A stretch of DNA of 64,000 nucleotides. Origin: Heterodontus francisci (taxonomy: Eukaryota). The stretch covers positions 11,881,344 through 11,945,343 of the forward strand of contig NC_090417.1 of the NCBI RefSeq assembly GCF_036365525.1, given 5' to 3'. Below, one piece after another: positions 1-13,930 of this stretch (positions are counted from its first letter, which is position 1; every line of letters begins with the position of its first letter). The notes under the pieces were generated by a model. The model made no database searches. It was not told the DNA's origin and saw only the letters and a list, made by a program, of their open reading frames with translations. Made by a program: the position numbers and the translations under genes.

Positions 1-848
1 CAATCGCAAAGGTTTACTTGCAGCTGCAGAGCTTTAGGATACAGTTGTCCATCATCAAATAGCTAATAATGAGTTATGGGAAGGAACCTTGAAGTCAGCT
101 CTTAATAGCATACGTTCAAACATCCACAGGCAATGCTTTTATTAACTGAACCATTAGGCACATCATCCTGTAGGGAGCCAAGGCATTTCCATCTTGACAG
201 AAACCAGGATCGATATTATGCCAAGTTCGATAACCTCAGTCAAACCAGCAACTCTTGTTAGGATCTGAAGTTCTGTTAATGGATGAGAAATACCTGGCAG
301 TTCAAGATAATAGGGTGAACAGGAGTTAAGTGTTAATTAGTTCATTGTATTCAAGTGCATAAAATAGATATTATATATACCTAAATAAAGAAAAGTCAGC
401 CAGCCCTGGCTAGGGGTGTTGTTTGGACAGCAGAAGTAAGCTCTGTGACAAGCAATGAACAATCTACACCAAAGCATCCTAGTCTCAGTGTCTCCTTCAC
501 AAACAGGCTTGGCGATTTCTCGAACAACCCCTGGCTATGGAAAGGATAACCAGATCAGTCACAATGTGATTCTGCTGCATATGTGCAAGTCAAGCAAGGA
601 CAAGATAGGAGTTGGCAGTGATGCCCTCCTCTATCAAATAGCCTGCTGATGGTCATGATCCAGGTTCAGACATGAAGAATGACCACTCAAATTAGTCACA
701 AGAGGGCTGCCAGGGCCTACGAAATTGGATTCTAGGATAGTGCAACACCGACAAGAGATGAGTGGAGGCAAATGGAGAGGGATTATGAGGCAAGGGACTC
801 ACACCTCTATAATTACTGTGTGACTTATTAACTTTCTTCCAACAATAC

Positions 849-941
849 CTCTAAAGTGCTCCCATCAGGAAGAGTGTACTGTGCTTTCTCGGTCTCCAGC
901 GTCTCATCTTTCTGTGGGTTTATCGATAGGTAACAGGCCCT
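849..941 (-). CDS. ACTR1B: Centractin (Arp1, dynactin subunit) coding exon 7; gene continues beyond the left edge of the window
   Basis: 93-nt exon encoding [31 protein letters not shown]; AG acceptor at 943-942, GT donor at 848-847 on the minus strand. Confidence 0.93.
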
Positions 942-2914
942 CTGCAAAGCAAGAAACATGTCAATCTTGGTCTCAAAAACAGTGCTTGAAAGGTTCCTGC
1001 TGAAACACAAATACAGACAACATCTGTGTGCACGAGAAGAGGCGACAGGGCGTGCAGAAGCAGTGCTGAAATTATACTGACTGGCAAGTGAGGAACAGCT
1101 AAAAAAAGAACTGTCAACATCGTGCAAATCCCAAGTGTGAGGATAGTAGTTGCAACTGCGTACTTTAGGAATCATCTCTTGCCACACTATATAAATATGG
1201 TGAAAAGCAACAAGCTTGGCTCTCATAATGGCTGAACAGGTTGCACTGTGAGCAGCTGAGTCACACGCACCAGCAAGATCCTGGTCACAGTTTTGCACTT
1301 GCGTGCAGCAGTCCATGATTTTCTTGTCTTCTGAAATGGAGAGCGGGGAAAAAAGCTAAGACCATAGAGTGCAGAAGTGGAAAACCCAGAACCACCCTGC
1401 TGCCACATGCAACCACCCATCAATGCTGACATACATGTCCTCAGGCTGGTGCTAGAAGAGGCACTGGATTTGCCCTCAGTGCCACCAACTGCTCTGTCCC
1501 CCATTTGTAGGAAGGAAACTCGTCCAGGGTAACCACTTTTGATCATGATCCAATAACGTGCATGTGTCAGATTGGGCCTGGGCTTTCATGTCCCACTGAC
1601 ATAAGCAACGGACAGATTAAATCACTCGGTGCAAAAAATAAACAATGGCAATTTGGAAAAGGGCTGAGGACTGATGCCTTCCCGAGATTCGGAGAGACAT
1701 TACAAGGATGATAGCCTTTAATGGAACCATTTCATGACTGCAGGATATGCTGACAGAATGAGGTGAAGTCCGGTGGAAGACGCTCATGTGGTGCACAAAC
1801 ATCAGCACGGACCAGTTGGGCCAAATGGCCTCTTTCTGTGTCTGAAAAATGTAATGCTGCCTGATCCACGCTCAATAGCATTTTCTTGTGTTCAGCTACT
1901 AGAGAGCTAGGGAATGCAATAGAAATGCTAGATATCACCAGCACTGTCTTGACATTTTTCTGACTGCAATCCTGAGGTAGAAAACTGGCATCTCACACGT
2001 TTCCCGCTCAATTGGCAAGATGGCGATTGAGGTGATCGGTCTGGATGGGGGAGACTGATACATCATGCACAGGGTGAAAGAAGGGGCCCATAGACAAAAA
2101 TTCAATGCCCAGTAAAACTCTCCCACAAAAACCAGAGATGCTAGCTCCATTAACAAATATAATTCTGAGATTGCTAGATTTTGCTTGAGACAGTATGAAA
2201 GGATTTGCAGACAAGACAGGTGCAGTTAAGATATAAATCAGCTCCAACGGGCTAAATGGCATACTCCTGCTGTTACGAATCATAAATAGTTTATGCCGAA
2301 TGTTACAAATGATTTCATTGGTCAGTCATAAGGAAGGACAGAATGACCGAAGACCACTCAGATCCCCCAAGTCCTGCTCTTAATAGCAGTCAGTCTAGTC
2401 ATGATGGCATCTAACCCATTTCATTTCATTTTATCTGCTGAATGAAAGATCTCTATTAATCCTCTCTGATCCCCAAGGGGAGATGAAACATTCACATCAA
2501 CACATTTCTCCACTGGCAGACAACATGCTCTCTCCTCTTCCTTCCTCTGTTCACAGATTGACCTGTAAATTTTACAATTTCTTTCTTCAGCACCTCCCAA
2601 ACCAACAACCTGTGCCACGCGAGGACAAGGGCAACAGCTACATGGGAACACCACCACCTCTAAGTTCCCTTCCAAGTCATGTACCATCCTGATTGGCAGT
2701 ATATCATGGTTCCTTCATCACCACTGGATCAAAATCCTGCAACTCCCCACCTAACCACAGTGTGGGACTATCATCATCACAAGGACTACAACGGTTCAAG
2801 CAGCAGCTCATCGCCACCTTCTCAAGCACACTTGGGGATGGACAATAAATGCTGCTCTTGCCAAAGACATCCACAAACTCTGAATGAATACGTGTAAAAA
2901 TAAAGAGCACCCAC

Positions 2915-3131
2915 CTCTTTAATTGTTTTGACAATCTCAAATTCTGCAGTTGTGTGGAAATCGTACCCTTCTTTCCTGAGGAGCAGGCGCAGGTAGCGTG
3001 ACACATCCCTGCCAGCTACATCTACCCTCATAATGGAGTGTGGCATTGCAAAGCCCTCATAGATTGGAACAGCATGAGTTACACCATCTCCAGCATCCAG
3101 CACTACACCTGTGGTACGTCCAGTGGCGTAT
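2915..3131 (-). CDS. ACTR1B: Centractin coding exon 6
   Basis: 217-nt exon encoding [72 protein letters not shown]; canonical splice sites; MRVD and [10 protein letters not shown] are beta-centractin-type residues. Confidence 0.95.
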
Positions 3132-3783
3132 CTGCAGCCAAGTTGGGAGACAATTGATTAACAGTGCAGGGTGCCAGTGTTCACTCACCAGAAAGCACAC
3201 TTGACTCGAATAAAAAGGTTGTCATAGTTTGAGTGACTTAAAAATCCAGCTCCGTGATGACTGAAGTGATACAGAGCCACATAACCCAGGAAGGCTTCAG
3301 AGTCAACCGATAGATGAGTTCAGTGATCTTAACTAGGAGAGCAGTTGCAGCCCAACAATTAGCCTCAAGTGTCTTGGGGTGGGGAAAAGAAATCAGATTG
3401 TGTTTCTGCCCTGATCACTTTCCAGAGACTCCAGCTGGGAATGCATGCATGTGGGCATCAGGGAAGGACAGGGTCACGCTTGTTTACAGCACCCTTCGCT
3501 ATTCACCTGCCTGGCAAGCTGAAAACTGACCATTTTGGTGGATTGTGATCGTCATTCTGGTACCCGTGGAGCTATAACCCAGCGAGAGTCAGTCTCTTCA
3601 GGAAAAAAAGAGTTGGGAAGAAAGCAAAGGCAGTGAGACTTTTCTTTTTAGAACTAATTCCTTCACTTGTGTTTGCTTGAAGATTGTAGATGTTGCTATG
3701 CAGTTCAAAACTCCAAACCAAAAAAGTCAGAAATTATGAATACGATTAATCAAAGAAGCAAACAGTTCATTTGTGGCAACTTA

Positions 3784-4080
<297 letters not shown>

Positions 4081-5844
4081 TCACTCAGGGGAGTAGAAAG
4101 ATTATACACACAGATTATGTACCTTTGGAGGTTGAAGCTGATGTTTATTGTTGGAGGAGGAAGGGTAAAGAAAGCTTTGCATTACACTGTTCCTGACCTG
4201 GGAGTGTTTGATGGGCAGTGCAGAGTAAGCGTTATTCTCCAGCGTTGCTGTGGTGCAGCTGGCCTTTAAGTGTTTCACGTTGACAAGGATGGGTCAAATG
4301 ACAGTGTCATGCAGCTTATGAGGCCATTTGGCTCATCGTGCATGTGCCGGCTCTTTAAAGAGCAATCCAGTTAGTCCCACTCCTCGAATGTTCCCCTCTA
4401 GCCCTAACCCTGGATGGACTCGTTCGGTTGAAAGGCCTGTTTCTGTGCGACAAATACTTCGTACATATCCAACTCCCTTTTGAAGGTTACTGATGAATCT
4501 CCTTCCACCACCCTTTCACAAAGCTACTTCATAATAACACACTGCACAACAAAAATTCTCATCTCCGCTCTTGTTCTTTTGCCAATGACCTGAAATCTAT
4601 GTCCTCTAGTTACCAACTCCCCTGCAAATACGAACAGTATTATGAAACCCTTTATAATTTTGAATCCCTTTATGAAATCTCATCTTAACTTTACCTGCTC
4701 TAAGGACATCAATCTCAGCCTTTCTAGTCTTTCCAATTAACAGAAGTCACTCATCCCTGGTTCCTTGCTTTTGTCATCTTTGCCTCTACCTATAAAGCCC
4801 AAAAAAACGTTTTTTCTTTTTAAAACACAGCCAGATAAACTGGTTGTGCCAGCGACAATGCAAAGTGTTTCAACATCTGTCTCATCTTCAGTGCAAAATT
4901 AGTCCAAAAATGCAACATGTACAAATGGAAGATTGTGTCACTTGGAAGTTGTCCGATGAGGTAATCACATTCCTCTCCATTTCCAGCTCAGTCTCCTTGA
5001 CCCGACTCCCAGAGGGCCTGTGGCTCGGATTATCGGTCAATGCTGCTGAAAGGCAGCTTCCCAGGAATGACAACACTCTCCTGTTCACTTCTCAGCCGCA
5101 GCCAAGATTAGGAAAGGAAGTACTCAACAGGGAACTAGAACCCAAGGAACAAGTGTAGGATACTCCTTTGAAGCAGAACTTCAGCAGGAAACTGCACAGC
5201 CCTGCACAGCACTCAGCCAACACAGCAGTCCCTCAAAGGAGCAGTCTGAAATCATGAAGCCCAATTATCCTGTATTGTGTGATTCAATGCAGAGTGGCTC
5301 TGGTTTTACACTGACACAAACAGTGAGAAATCACCAAAATGCTCTAGCTGGACACCAGTTGGACGTCAAAGCCCGGTTTAACTGCAACCAGGACGCAACT
5401 TTCAAAGTGGGGTGCCGATTCCAAGATCTGTTAAAACTTTATTTGAAAAGTTTTTCTTTGGAGAGCGGGGACAGCACCATGTCCTTCTAAGAAATTGTAA
5501 CCTTAATACAGATGTTGGGGAGCAGAGTGCAGGGTTAAAATACATGCAGAGTTAAACTCTTCCTGGTCAAGGAGCCAAGATGGAGACAGCAGTATAAGTG
5601 GGGTCTGAAAGACTGATAGCTAACCTGCAGCCGATTCCAATACCAATGTCAATATCAATGCCAAAAGTGCACTCAACTTACATTTATACAGCACCCTGAC
5701 AGTGTCTCACAGTGAGGGTGAGGTGGTGGGGGATGTGGGGAAGGGGGAGATCAGACCAGAGTTGAGGGAAGAAAGATATGAGAGGAGGTGGCTGAAGGGA
5801 GGGTCGAAGAGGGAAGTTTTCAGGAGGCTTCTGAAGGAAGAGGT

Positions 5845-6380
5845 GAATATAGGAGCAGCAGCTGGCCATTCAGCCCATCGAGCCTGCCCCGCCATTCAAT
5901 ATGATGATGGCTGATCATCCACTTCAATGCCTTTTTCCCACGTTATCCTCATATCCCCTTATGTCATTTGTATTTAGAAATCTGTCAATCTCTGCTTTAA
6001 CCATAGCCAATGACTGAGCTTCCACAGCCCTCTGGGGTAGAGAATTTCCTACCAAAGACTTACAACCCTGAGTGAAGAAATTTCTCCTCATCTCTGTCCC
6101 AAGTGGCTTCCCCCTTAATTTGAAATTGTGTCCCCTGGATCTAGACTCCCCAAACAGGGGAAACATCTTAGCTGCATCTACCCTGTCTATCCCTTTAAGT
6201 ATTTTATATGTTTCAATGAGATCACCTCTCATCCTTCGAAATTCTAGGAGAATACAGGCCTAGTTTCCCCAATCTCTCTTCATAAGACAGTCCACCATCC
6301 TGGGAACAAGTCTGGTGAACCTTCGCTGCACTCCCTCTAAGTTAATAATATCCTTCCTAAGAGGACCAAAACTACACAGA
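5845..6380 (-). mobile_element. CR1-clade LINE 3' fragment
   Basis: ORF 5924-6232 RGDLIETYKILKGIDRV...SRGHNFKL...RRNFFTQ is the CR1 ORF2 C-terminus, followed by a CR1 3' tail. Confidence 0.85.
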
Positions 6381-6700
6381 GAACAAATGGAAGGGTTTTC
6401 CCAGAGAGATCCAGAGTTACAACAAGCTGGTTGAAAGCTCAGTCACTGGTTTTCGAGCAGAGGGAGAGGAGAGCACAGCAGACCAGTGTGGGTAGAGCAC
6501 TGGGTGACAGCAGAGATGTAGGAGGAGAGAGAGGTGTGGAGAAGTGAGTGCAAGGGAGATAAGAAGTTTAAATTTGATGAAGAGAGTAGCAAGGATAGGG
6601 GTGATAGATGAGTGGGTCTTGTGGTAAAGATATTATGCAGGAGATGGAGTTCTGGATGGTTGGAAGCATTGGACCATCACAATCATGTCAGGGAAAATTA

Positions 6701-6865
<165 letters not shown>

Positions 6866-7657
6866 CTAATGTGGGAGGAGGTAGGAGAGATCAGGATGAG
6901 AAGGACATAATTTTAACACAAATAAACGCATGACTGAAACTACTCCCCCACCACTGATCCCAACGGTGGTCTCCAAGGTGCTGAACCTTGCTGGGTGCCA
7001 GCTGCCTTCAGTTACCTTGCCCAAGTGGTCACTCATGTGCACATTGCAGCGCCCAAAATTGTCCTCACATCAACATGCTTTCCTGAAGGAGTCACTAGAT
7101 CAGGAAGTGGCATCGACAGTGAGAGCAACATTCTCATGGCTAAGCAAACTTAGCAAGGGCCAGCGATAAAACACAGGGGTTCCAACACTTGGAGCTGAAG
7201 TCGAGAAACAAGAAGCAATCGCTGCAATTCAACAGTGCAGCTGACACAATCATGACAGGGCAACAATACAGACAATAGCACAGGGCTCTGAAATGTCCAT
7301 TTGTATCTCCAAATCTGCACACAGTGAGCCATTGATCTTGCTCCTGCAGTCAAGATCCGGTACAAAATGGGAGCTGGGGACTCCTACTCAGACTGACAGC
7401 AGATCTAAATGTATCTCTGTCTTGGCTCCTTCTGCGTTGCAAGGCCACTTAACCTCAGTGAAAATCTAAGTTAAAAACATTTAAAATAGCAAAGAATGCT
7501 GCAACATTAAAAAAATGATGATGCATTCTTGGAAACCAGTGTCACTCGCAACACTGTCCAGGAACCAAGTGCTAGCCAGGTCTCCTTTGCTCGGTGAGGT
7601 GTTTAAAATCATCAAACAAATTGATAGGTCTGGCAGCGTCTGAGTAGACAGAAGCAG

Positions 7658-7694
7658 AGTTAAGGTTTCAGGTCAGTGACCCTTCTTCAGAACT
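7658..7694 (-). ncRNA. Minimal type I hammerhead ribozyme-like motif (Penelope pLTR), activity uncertain
   Basis: Reverse complement reads AGTT-CTGAAGA-AGGGTCACTGACCT-GAAA-CCTT-AACT: stem I AGTT/AACT, catalytic core CUGANGA and GAAA, hairpin stem II. Confidence 0.55.
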
Positions 7695-8160
7695 GGCAGG
7701 TATAAGAAATGTCAAAGCTTTTAAGCAAGTAAAGCAGGGGTGGGGCAAGAGATAACAAAAGAGAAGGTGTAGATAGGACAAGGTCACAGAATAGCTGACC
7801 AAAAGGTCATGGAGCAAAGGCAAACAATATGTTAATGGTGTGCTGAAAGACAAAGCATGCGTACAGATAGGGTGTTAACGGACTGAAAACTGAACAGCCA
7901 CAAGCACAAACATGAAACAAACAGTGGGTAGGCACAGTGGAAACAAACTGAACAAACCGTAACAAAATAAACACAAAAAAAAAGAAAAAATAACTGAAAA
8001 TAAAAGTAAAATGGGGGCCCGTCGTGCTCTGAAATTATTGAACTCAATGTTCAGTCCGGCAGGCTGTAGGACCTTGTCCTATCAATACCTTCTCTTTTGT
8101 TATCTCTTGCCCCACCCCCGCTTTACTTGCTTCAAATCTTTTCCATTTCTTATTTCTGCC

Positions 8161-8197
8161 AGTTCTGAAGAAGGGTCACTGACCTGAAACCTTAACT
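8161..8197 (+). ncRNA. Minimal type I hammerhead ribozyme-like motif (Penelope pLTR), activity uncertain
   Basis: AGTT-CTGAAGA-AGGGTCACTGACCT-GAAA-CCTT-AACT, identical to the inverted copy at 7658-7694. Confidence 0.55.
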
Positions 8198-8877
8198 CTG
8201 TTTCTCTCTCCACAGATGCTGCCAGACCTGCTGAGTTTTTCCAGCACTTTCTGTTTTTATTTCAGATTTCCAGCATCCGCAGTATTTTGGTTTTATTTTC
8301 AAGAAATTGAAAGGCTTGATAGAGACAAACTGTTAGCTGTGATGGGGGAGTACAGAACTTGAAAATTAGAGCAAGGCCATTTAGAGGGAATGTGAGAAAA
8401 AACTTCTCCACACAAATGATAGTGAAAATCTGGAAAACTCTTCACCCAAAAAGTTGTTGAGGCTGAGGTGGGGGCGGGGTCAACAGAAAATTTCGAAACG
8501 GAGATTGGTGGATTTTTGTTCGGCAAACGCTATTCAGGATGAAGGTGAGTAGACGGAGTGACGATACATGTCAGCCTGATCTAAATGAATGGCAGAACAC
8601 AGTCTGGGGGCTAAATAGCTGACTCCTGTTGTATTCCCCTCAACGGAACTGCTGCTTCTTGAGGCTTTGGGCGTCTTAAAAAAAAAAATACAAGCACATG
8701 GTTACTGGGAATGCAACTGCAGCAACTCACAGCTGAGGAATGCCTTCACTTGCAAAAAATAGTTTCAGGGTAAATTAAGATCGTAACCCCATGAGCTTTC
8801 AGTGGCCTCACGGTTCCGTCTTCTACAAGGAAGACTATTTTCATGAACCATGTTAACATCTGGAGCCAACACAATAC

Positions 8878-8953
8878 CTCAGCTTTCGGTCCAATAAACA
8901 GATCGCCCTCCAATGCTCCTGCCATCACTCGTACATGCTTTGGACGTCCCACA
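8878..8953 (-). CDS. ACTR1B: Centractin coding exon 3
   Basis: 76-nt exon encoding [25 protein letters not shown]; GDLF is ACTR1B-like; canonical splice sites. Confidence 0.95.
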
Positions 8954-9780
8954 CTAGGTGAAAACAGAAGAATTTTAACAAGTTAAGGGGAGGGACAATC
9001 CTGGGAGGGCTGTTTCGTTAATTCACAAGACAAACTCAGCCAAAACATACTTGATCTTCCTTCTGATAAAGGTCTATTTTATTGCTGGCCACAAGTCCAG
9101 CAAGACGAATTCCTCTGATTTGGATCACCCAGTCAACTGCTCGGAATGCCTCTTCTGAGCTGCATGATGAACAGCACAGGTGTAACAGGCAAATTGCATC
9201 TGCAACCTCACCAAAGCCTTAACCATCCTCGTTTCCTCACCTTGATTCAAACTGAGGATACAGTTCCACCGTCACTGTTGAGATATAGCATCTTGCTGAT
9301 GTGAACTTGGATTTCTCACTTGAGTACAGATATCGAGGCCTTGGAAAGGATGCAGAGGTGATATACTGTTATGGTACCAGTGATGAGGGACTTCAGTAGC
9401 CATGAAGATAAGAAAAGCTGGAATTGCTCTCAGAACAGATAGGGGTGTTGAAAATTAGAAGGGATTTCAGTCAAGTTGATCGGGTGAAAGTTTTTCCACT
9501 GGAAGCAGGGTCAGTCACCAGAAGACACATATTCTAGGTCATTAAAAAAAATCTTTCTCCCTGGAGTTTTTGTCAATGTGATGAGTTGTTGTAATCTGGA
9601 ATGCACATCCTCAAAACAGTGGTGGAAGCAGATTTAATAGTACATTTCAAAAGGGAGCTGGAAACTGAAAAGGAGAAATGTGCAGAGCTACGGGGCAAGT
9701 GGGACTAACTGGTTAGCTCCTTCAAAAAGCCTATCAAAGAACTGATGGGTCAAACTGTCCTCCTTCTGTATGCATCTAGG

Positions 9781-10543
9781 GGCTGGAGTTTGCAATGCCA
9801 GCAGTAGCTATGCATTCAGTGTTCACCACTACTGGACATTGGAGAAGCTCTGCAACTCCTGGAGCAGTGCGCGAATCCAAAAGTTGCAGTGGGCCAACCA
9901 ACGCCACTCACGAGGTTTCGCAACTTCAAACATCAAGGAAGCATCATGAATTTGGGCTAATTACCCAATAATTCTGAATTAATTACACTTTTCAAGTTTA
10001 CAACTGTATTTTGAGGCATAAGTATTTGAATACTTAATGAGGAAGCACACACCATTTTAGAAATTAGAATGGATTGATTTAAACTTTAATATGAAGTGTT
10101 TCAAAAGTCTGATTAATCTCGTTTAAAAATTAAAATCTTTGACTTTGAAGCATGACTTCAGACTGTTTGAAATGATTTACCTGACAAAATTATTGTACTT
10201 TTTAAAATGTCTACCCTTTTCATTTCATAAATTATGTCGACTAAAAATGGGATTTTCCAAGCCCTTTTTTTCAAAATGGGATTTTCCAAACCTTTTTACT
10301 CCAGCAGCCCTCTGTTTTGCAGTTTCTGTGGTGCACTGACTGTGGTCCCATGCCCATAACTGCCTGCCATTTTCACCCGCGCTAGCCTGCATTGCTAGGC
10401 CTTGCTGCAACCCATGGCGGGAGGGAGTCCACCCTTAAAGCAGCTAAATTTCTTGCCACCAGGATCATGTTAGGGTTGTGCGGAGATTTAGTCGATGTCA
10501 GTGGCAAGCGCAGTCACTGCGCGGCTCACCACAAAATCCTGCC
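9781..10543. mobile_element. Putative old non-autonomous DNA transposon with short terminal inverted repeats
   Basis: GGCTGGAGTTT at the left end and AAAATCCTGCC at the right end (9/11 complementary); same terminus type as 60180-60912. Confidence 0.4.
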
Positions 10544-11393
10544 TGTCGATTCTAATTGCATCATATCTACCATTCTAATGAGCTTAAGAAAATATATTTT
10601 CGTATTGGTAAAATGTTAAGACCGTACTGACACTTAATGAGACTTGATCATGGATGGATTAGTTCCATTTGGTGTCACTGAGTGATACACCATATTGTTG
10701 AAGACTGAATGCCTCCTACATTTTTAATTTGCATTTTCACACCAAGTTCAATCTGTACTTCATGACCATTTCTTGCCAAGCACCGCCAACTCTCTCCTGA
10801 AGGTACAAACTCTCGCTATGCACAGTTCAACAGATGATTTACCCAAATGGACAGAGAGAGACTCCACAAATGCACAATATTGTGATCCACAGACAGACAG
10901 ACATTCCAGAAGGCCTGTGCTGGGAGTTCACAATGCTTTATCTCTCAGGTGAGAAGGGCAGTTCCTCCACAAGCTAAAGGTAAAAAAAAACAAAGCACAA
11001 ACCAGGGATGAAAACATGGATTTTCTGGCTTGAGCTGCTTGATTTTTGGCTGCCCTTACCAAGTGAGCTGTCAGATGAACCAGCACAATACTGCTCCTAA
11101 CTCAACTAACTGCTGATTGTGCTCTGACAGGCCACAGGATGACTGATGTGTGTGAGAAATGGAACCATCAAAAGTGAGTGCAGTTGTGGGGGCTCTTTTA
11201 AGTTGGGGCGAAAGAGCCTGTGGGGCACTTTCCTCAATATCACCAGAGTGCTACATCTCCTTCAGTTCCTCGTGTATATCTTTCACTGTGATGAGCATGA
11301 ACATTTGTCCAAAACAAATACAGAAGGGTGCAAAAAAACCCTGCTAAATGGTCACGCTATGCCATGAACTGTTTATCGGTATAACATACTTAC

Positions 11394-11458
11394 TAATTGG
11401 GGAAACAGTACTTGGGGATTTGATCACCAGCAAACCCAGCTTTGACAACTCCTGAACC
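11394..11458 (-). CDS. ACTR1B: Centractin coding exon 2
   Basis: 65-nt exon encoding [22 protein letters not shown]; ttttctgtccag acceptor, gtaagt donor. Confidence 0.95.
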
Positions 11459-11967
11459 CTGGACAGAAAAAAAGAAAAGTTACACAGACCAATTATAGGC
11501 TTTCAACTTTCCAATAAATACACATGCCACGTTCCAGCATCTTACCCGAGTTAACATTCGTCATTGGAGCAACTGGTCAACAAGTGTTGGCAGATTATTT
11601 AACCACAGATGGCATCACAACTCAGACCAGTCTGGTTCTTGCCCAATATGCGCATGAGCACTTTCCAGCCTGGGCCAACTGGTAGTGATGAAGTGCAGAA
11701 ATGCTGGCTCATTCCAGCCCGCACCACCTGTGCTATCCCTTCTTCCCAGGCCTGGACGTACTGAGGTGAATTGCAGTCACTCCACCATTCATCCTGCGTG
11801 AGGTCTATTAACTCAGCACGGCCAAGGGACTGAAGCTTGACCTCCTGGTCTGTGCAGTCATAAAATCTTGGAATACACTCTGCAACAGCTCTACAGGTTA
11901 AATCAGTGAGCCACAAATACCTTTTTAATACCACTGGCTACTTCATCCATCTTCATGAGGTTCATTT

Positions 11968-12012
<45 letters not shown>
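11968..12012 (+). repeat. (CT)n(CA)n compound microsatellite
   Basis: Directly visible dinucleotide runs. Confidence 0.9.
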
Positions 12013-12014
<2 letters not shown>

Positions 12015-13882
12015 TTTTGACCTGATATACTCTATTCTCAGTGTATAATGCAACTACAGGATGGCAGAAGGTAAACTAGATGGAACTGATCTATTTTTCA
12101 TGTAATAATTCCTATGTAATTTGTATAAATTATGGCACAGGAGATGAATGTGCAACAATACAAATTAAACTGTGACAGTAGGACAGACACAATTTCAAAT
12201 TGGCAAAGGATCAGTTCAGAACTGAAATCTGGAATCTCTTCACAGGAATGGCTAAGGCAATGGAGGAAGAAATTGGGAATGATACTATTTAAAACACAAA
12301 TCCATGTGTTGCTCAGTATGATCTCTATGTCTTTAACATCCTTTTATGTATAATGGGGCAACGAAATTACTAGTCTAACTGTGGCCATTGCCTTCTACAA
12401 ACCTATCATTACGACTTCACTTTTGTAGACGATGCTATTTATAAAAGTGAAAATGCTATCCACATTTTCAGCACCGAGACAGTAGTCTTGACTTTCTCCC
12501 TTGTCAGTTTGAATCTGTGCCGTCTTATCCGAATATCTTTATTAAGCATGACTCTGAATTTCACTTTTTCAATCTTTTTTAGCATTAAATTCTTCTGTGA
12601 CAAGTATGGCTTCGTTACTGTATAATATGTGGCAGTATCATCTCTTGCTGCTGCAATGACATTTGGCACCAAACACATACAAAAACATTTCATCCAAAAA
12701 TTCTTTGGAGCTGGAGAGGTGGAATTAAAACTGGCACATACTGCATTTTTTTCTGTCCCTCTCTCCTAAAAAAGCAAACACTGACCAGGGTAGGATTCAA
12801 CTATTTCAGTATTTTGTCCAGTCTTCCTGTGTGAGACATGACAGAAACTACATTACCAAAGGAGGGAGGACTAGAGAGGGTGGAAGAAAGGATGAGGAGG
12901 ATGACAACAAGTGGGGAATGTGACCATCACTTTACAAGATCTAACCTCGTCCAACATCCACACTCACTCTTCCTTTTTAAGTAAGTTTTCAAAATGTTTG
13001 CAAAATAAGTGAATTCATTACCCAGCCCTGGTTGCCTGAGTGGGCCATTTCAGAAAACATCAACAACCTGGGAGGGTTTCGAAACACCAATCATGAGAAT
13101 TTCATGGCTTTTCTTTCTGGTCACAGCTGTATAACTGCATTTATTCATTCCGATGTGCGTTTCATCGGGTGAAAATGGAATGAAAGCAGGAGTCGCTGTC
13201 CTCAGTTGATAAAAGAGTTGAGATGTTGCCCAAAAGTTCTGAACTCTAATGAAGCTCCATGAATTTGAACCACTGCTCCCTTTTGTAAAACTGAGAGCAG
13301 CTGTTGCAAATATTTCTGCCTTTGACACCTCCTCCCAGTCCATCTTTACTTGTCTCATTACCACCCATTTTTGCCTTGCACTCCCATCCCTTGCATTATT
13401 TAATACCTCCATCCGATCACAGATCTTTCCTTCTATTTGTTACTCCCCTTCCCTCTTTGCTCTACCACTGCACTTGGTTAGAACCTGGTAGATCTCTGAT
13501 TTCTGAAGAAGGTATCATCAGTCTGAAAGGTCAACTCTGTTTCCCTGCCTGACCAACGTTGTCTTTCCAGCATGTCTTGTTATTTTTACTTCAGGAATTC
13601 TATCCCAGCTGAAACTCTCAGTAATTCATGCCACCAGATTTCTGACAGAGGGCGGTGCCTTCAGGAGGGTGAAATAAGAGAGCAGCAGTGAAATGTCACT
13701 ATGCTCACTCCTTTGGGGCTGGTGAACAGTGGTGGAAACATCACCAAGTCTTCAAGCTGCCTGCCCCTTTTCTGTCGGCAAAATTCAGTGGGTGAGAGCA
13801 GGGAGCATCCCTTTAAAGGCTACTGGCAGCCGTTGCGGCCCCTAAACAATTTGACATCAAGAAATGCCTGCCAGTTACTCAC

Positions 13883-13930
13883 ATTGTCGATAACTACGGG
13901 CTGATTCGTGATTATATCATAGGACTCCAT
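13883..13930 (-). CDS. ACTR1B: Centractin coding exon 1 (start codon)
   Basis: ATG at 13930-13928; 48 nt encoding MESYDIITNQPVVIDN followed by gtgagt donor. Confidence 0.95.

Larger units (their letters stand above)
7626..8299 (-). mobile_element. Penelope-like element 3' end with an inverted partial terminal repeat (pLTR)
   Basis: Minus strand from 8069 reads LQPAGLNIEFNNFRA (GIY-YIG endonuclease C-terminal GLN motif); 7626-7785 and 8070-8230 are inverted copies of each other; both contain CTGAAGA..GAAA cores. Confidence 0.75.
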
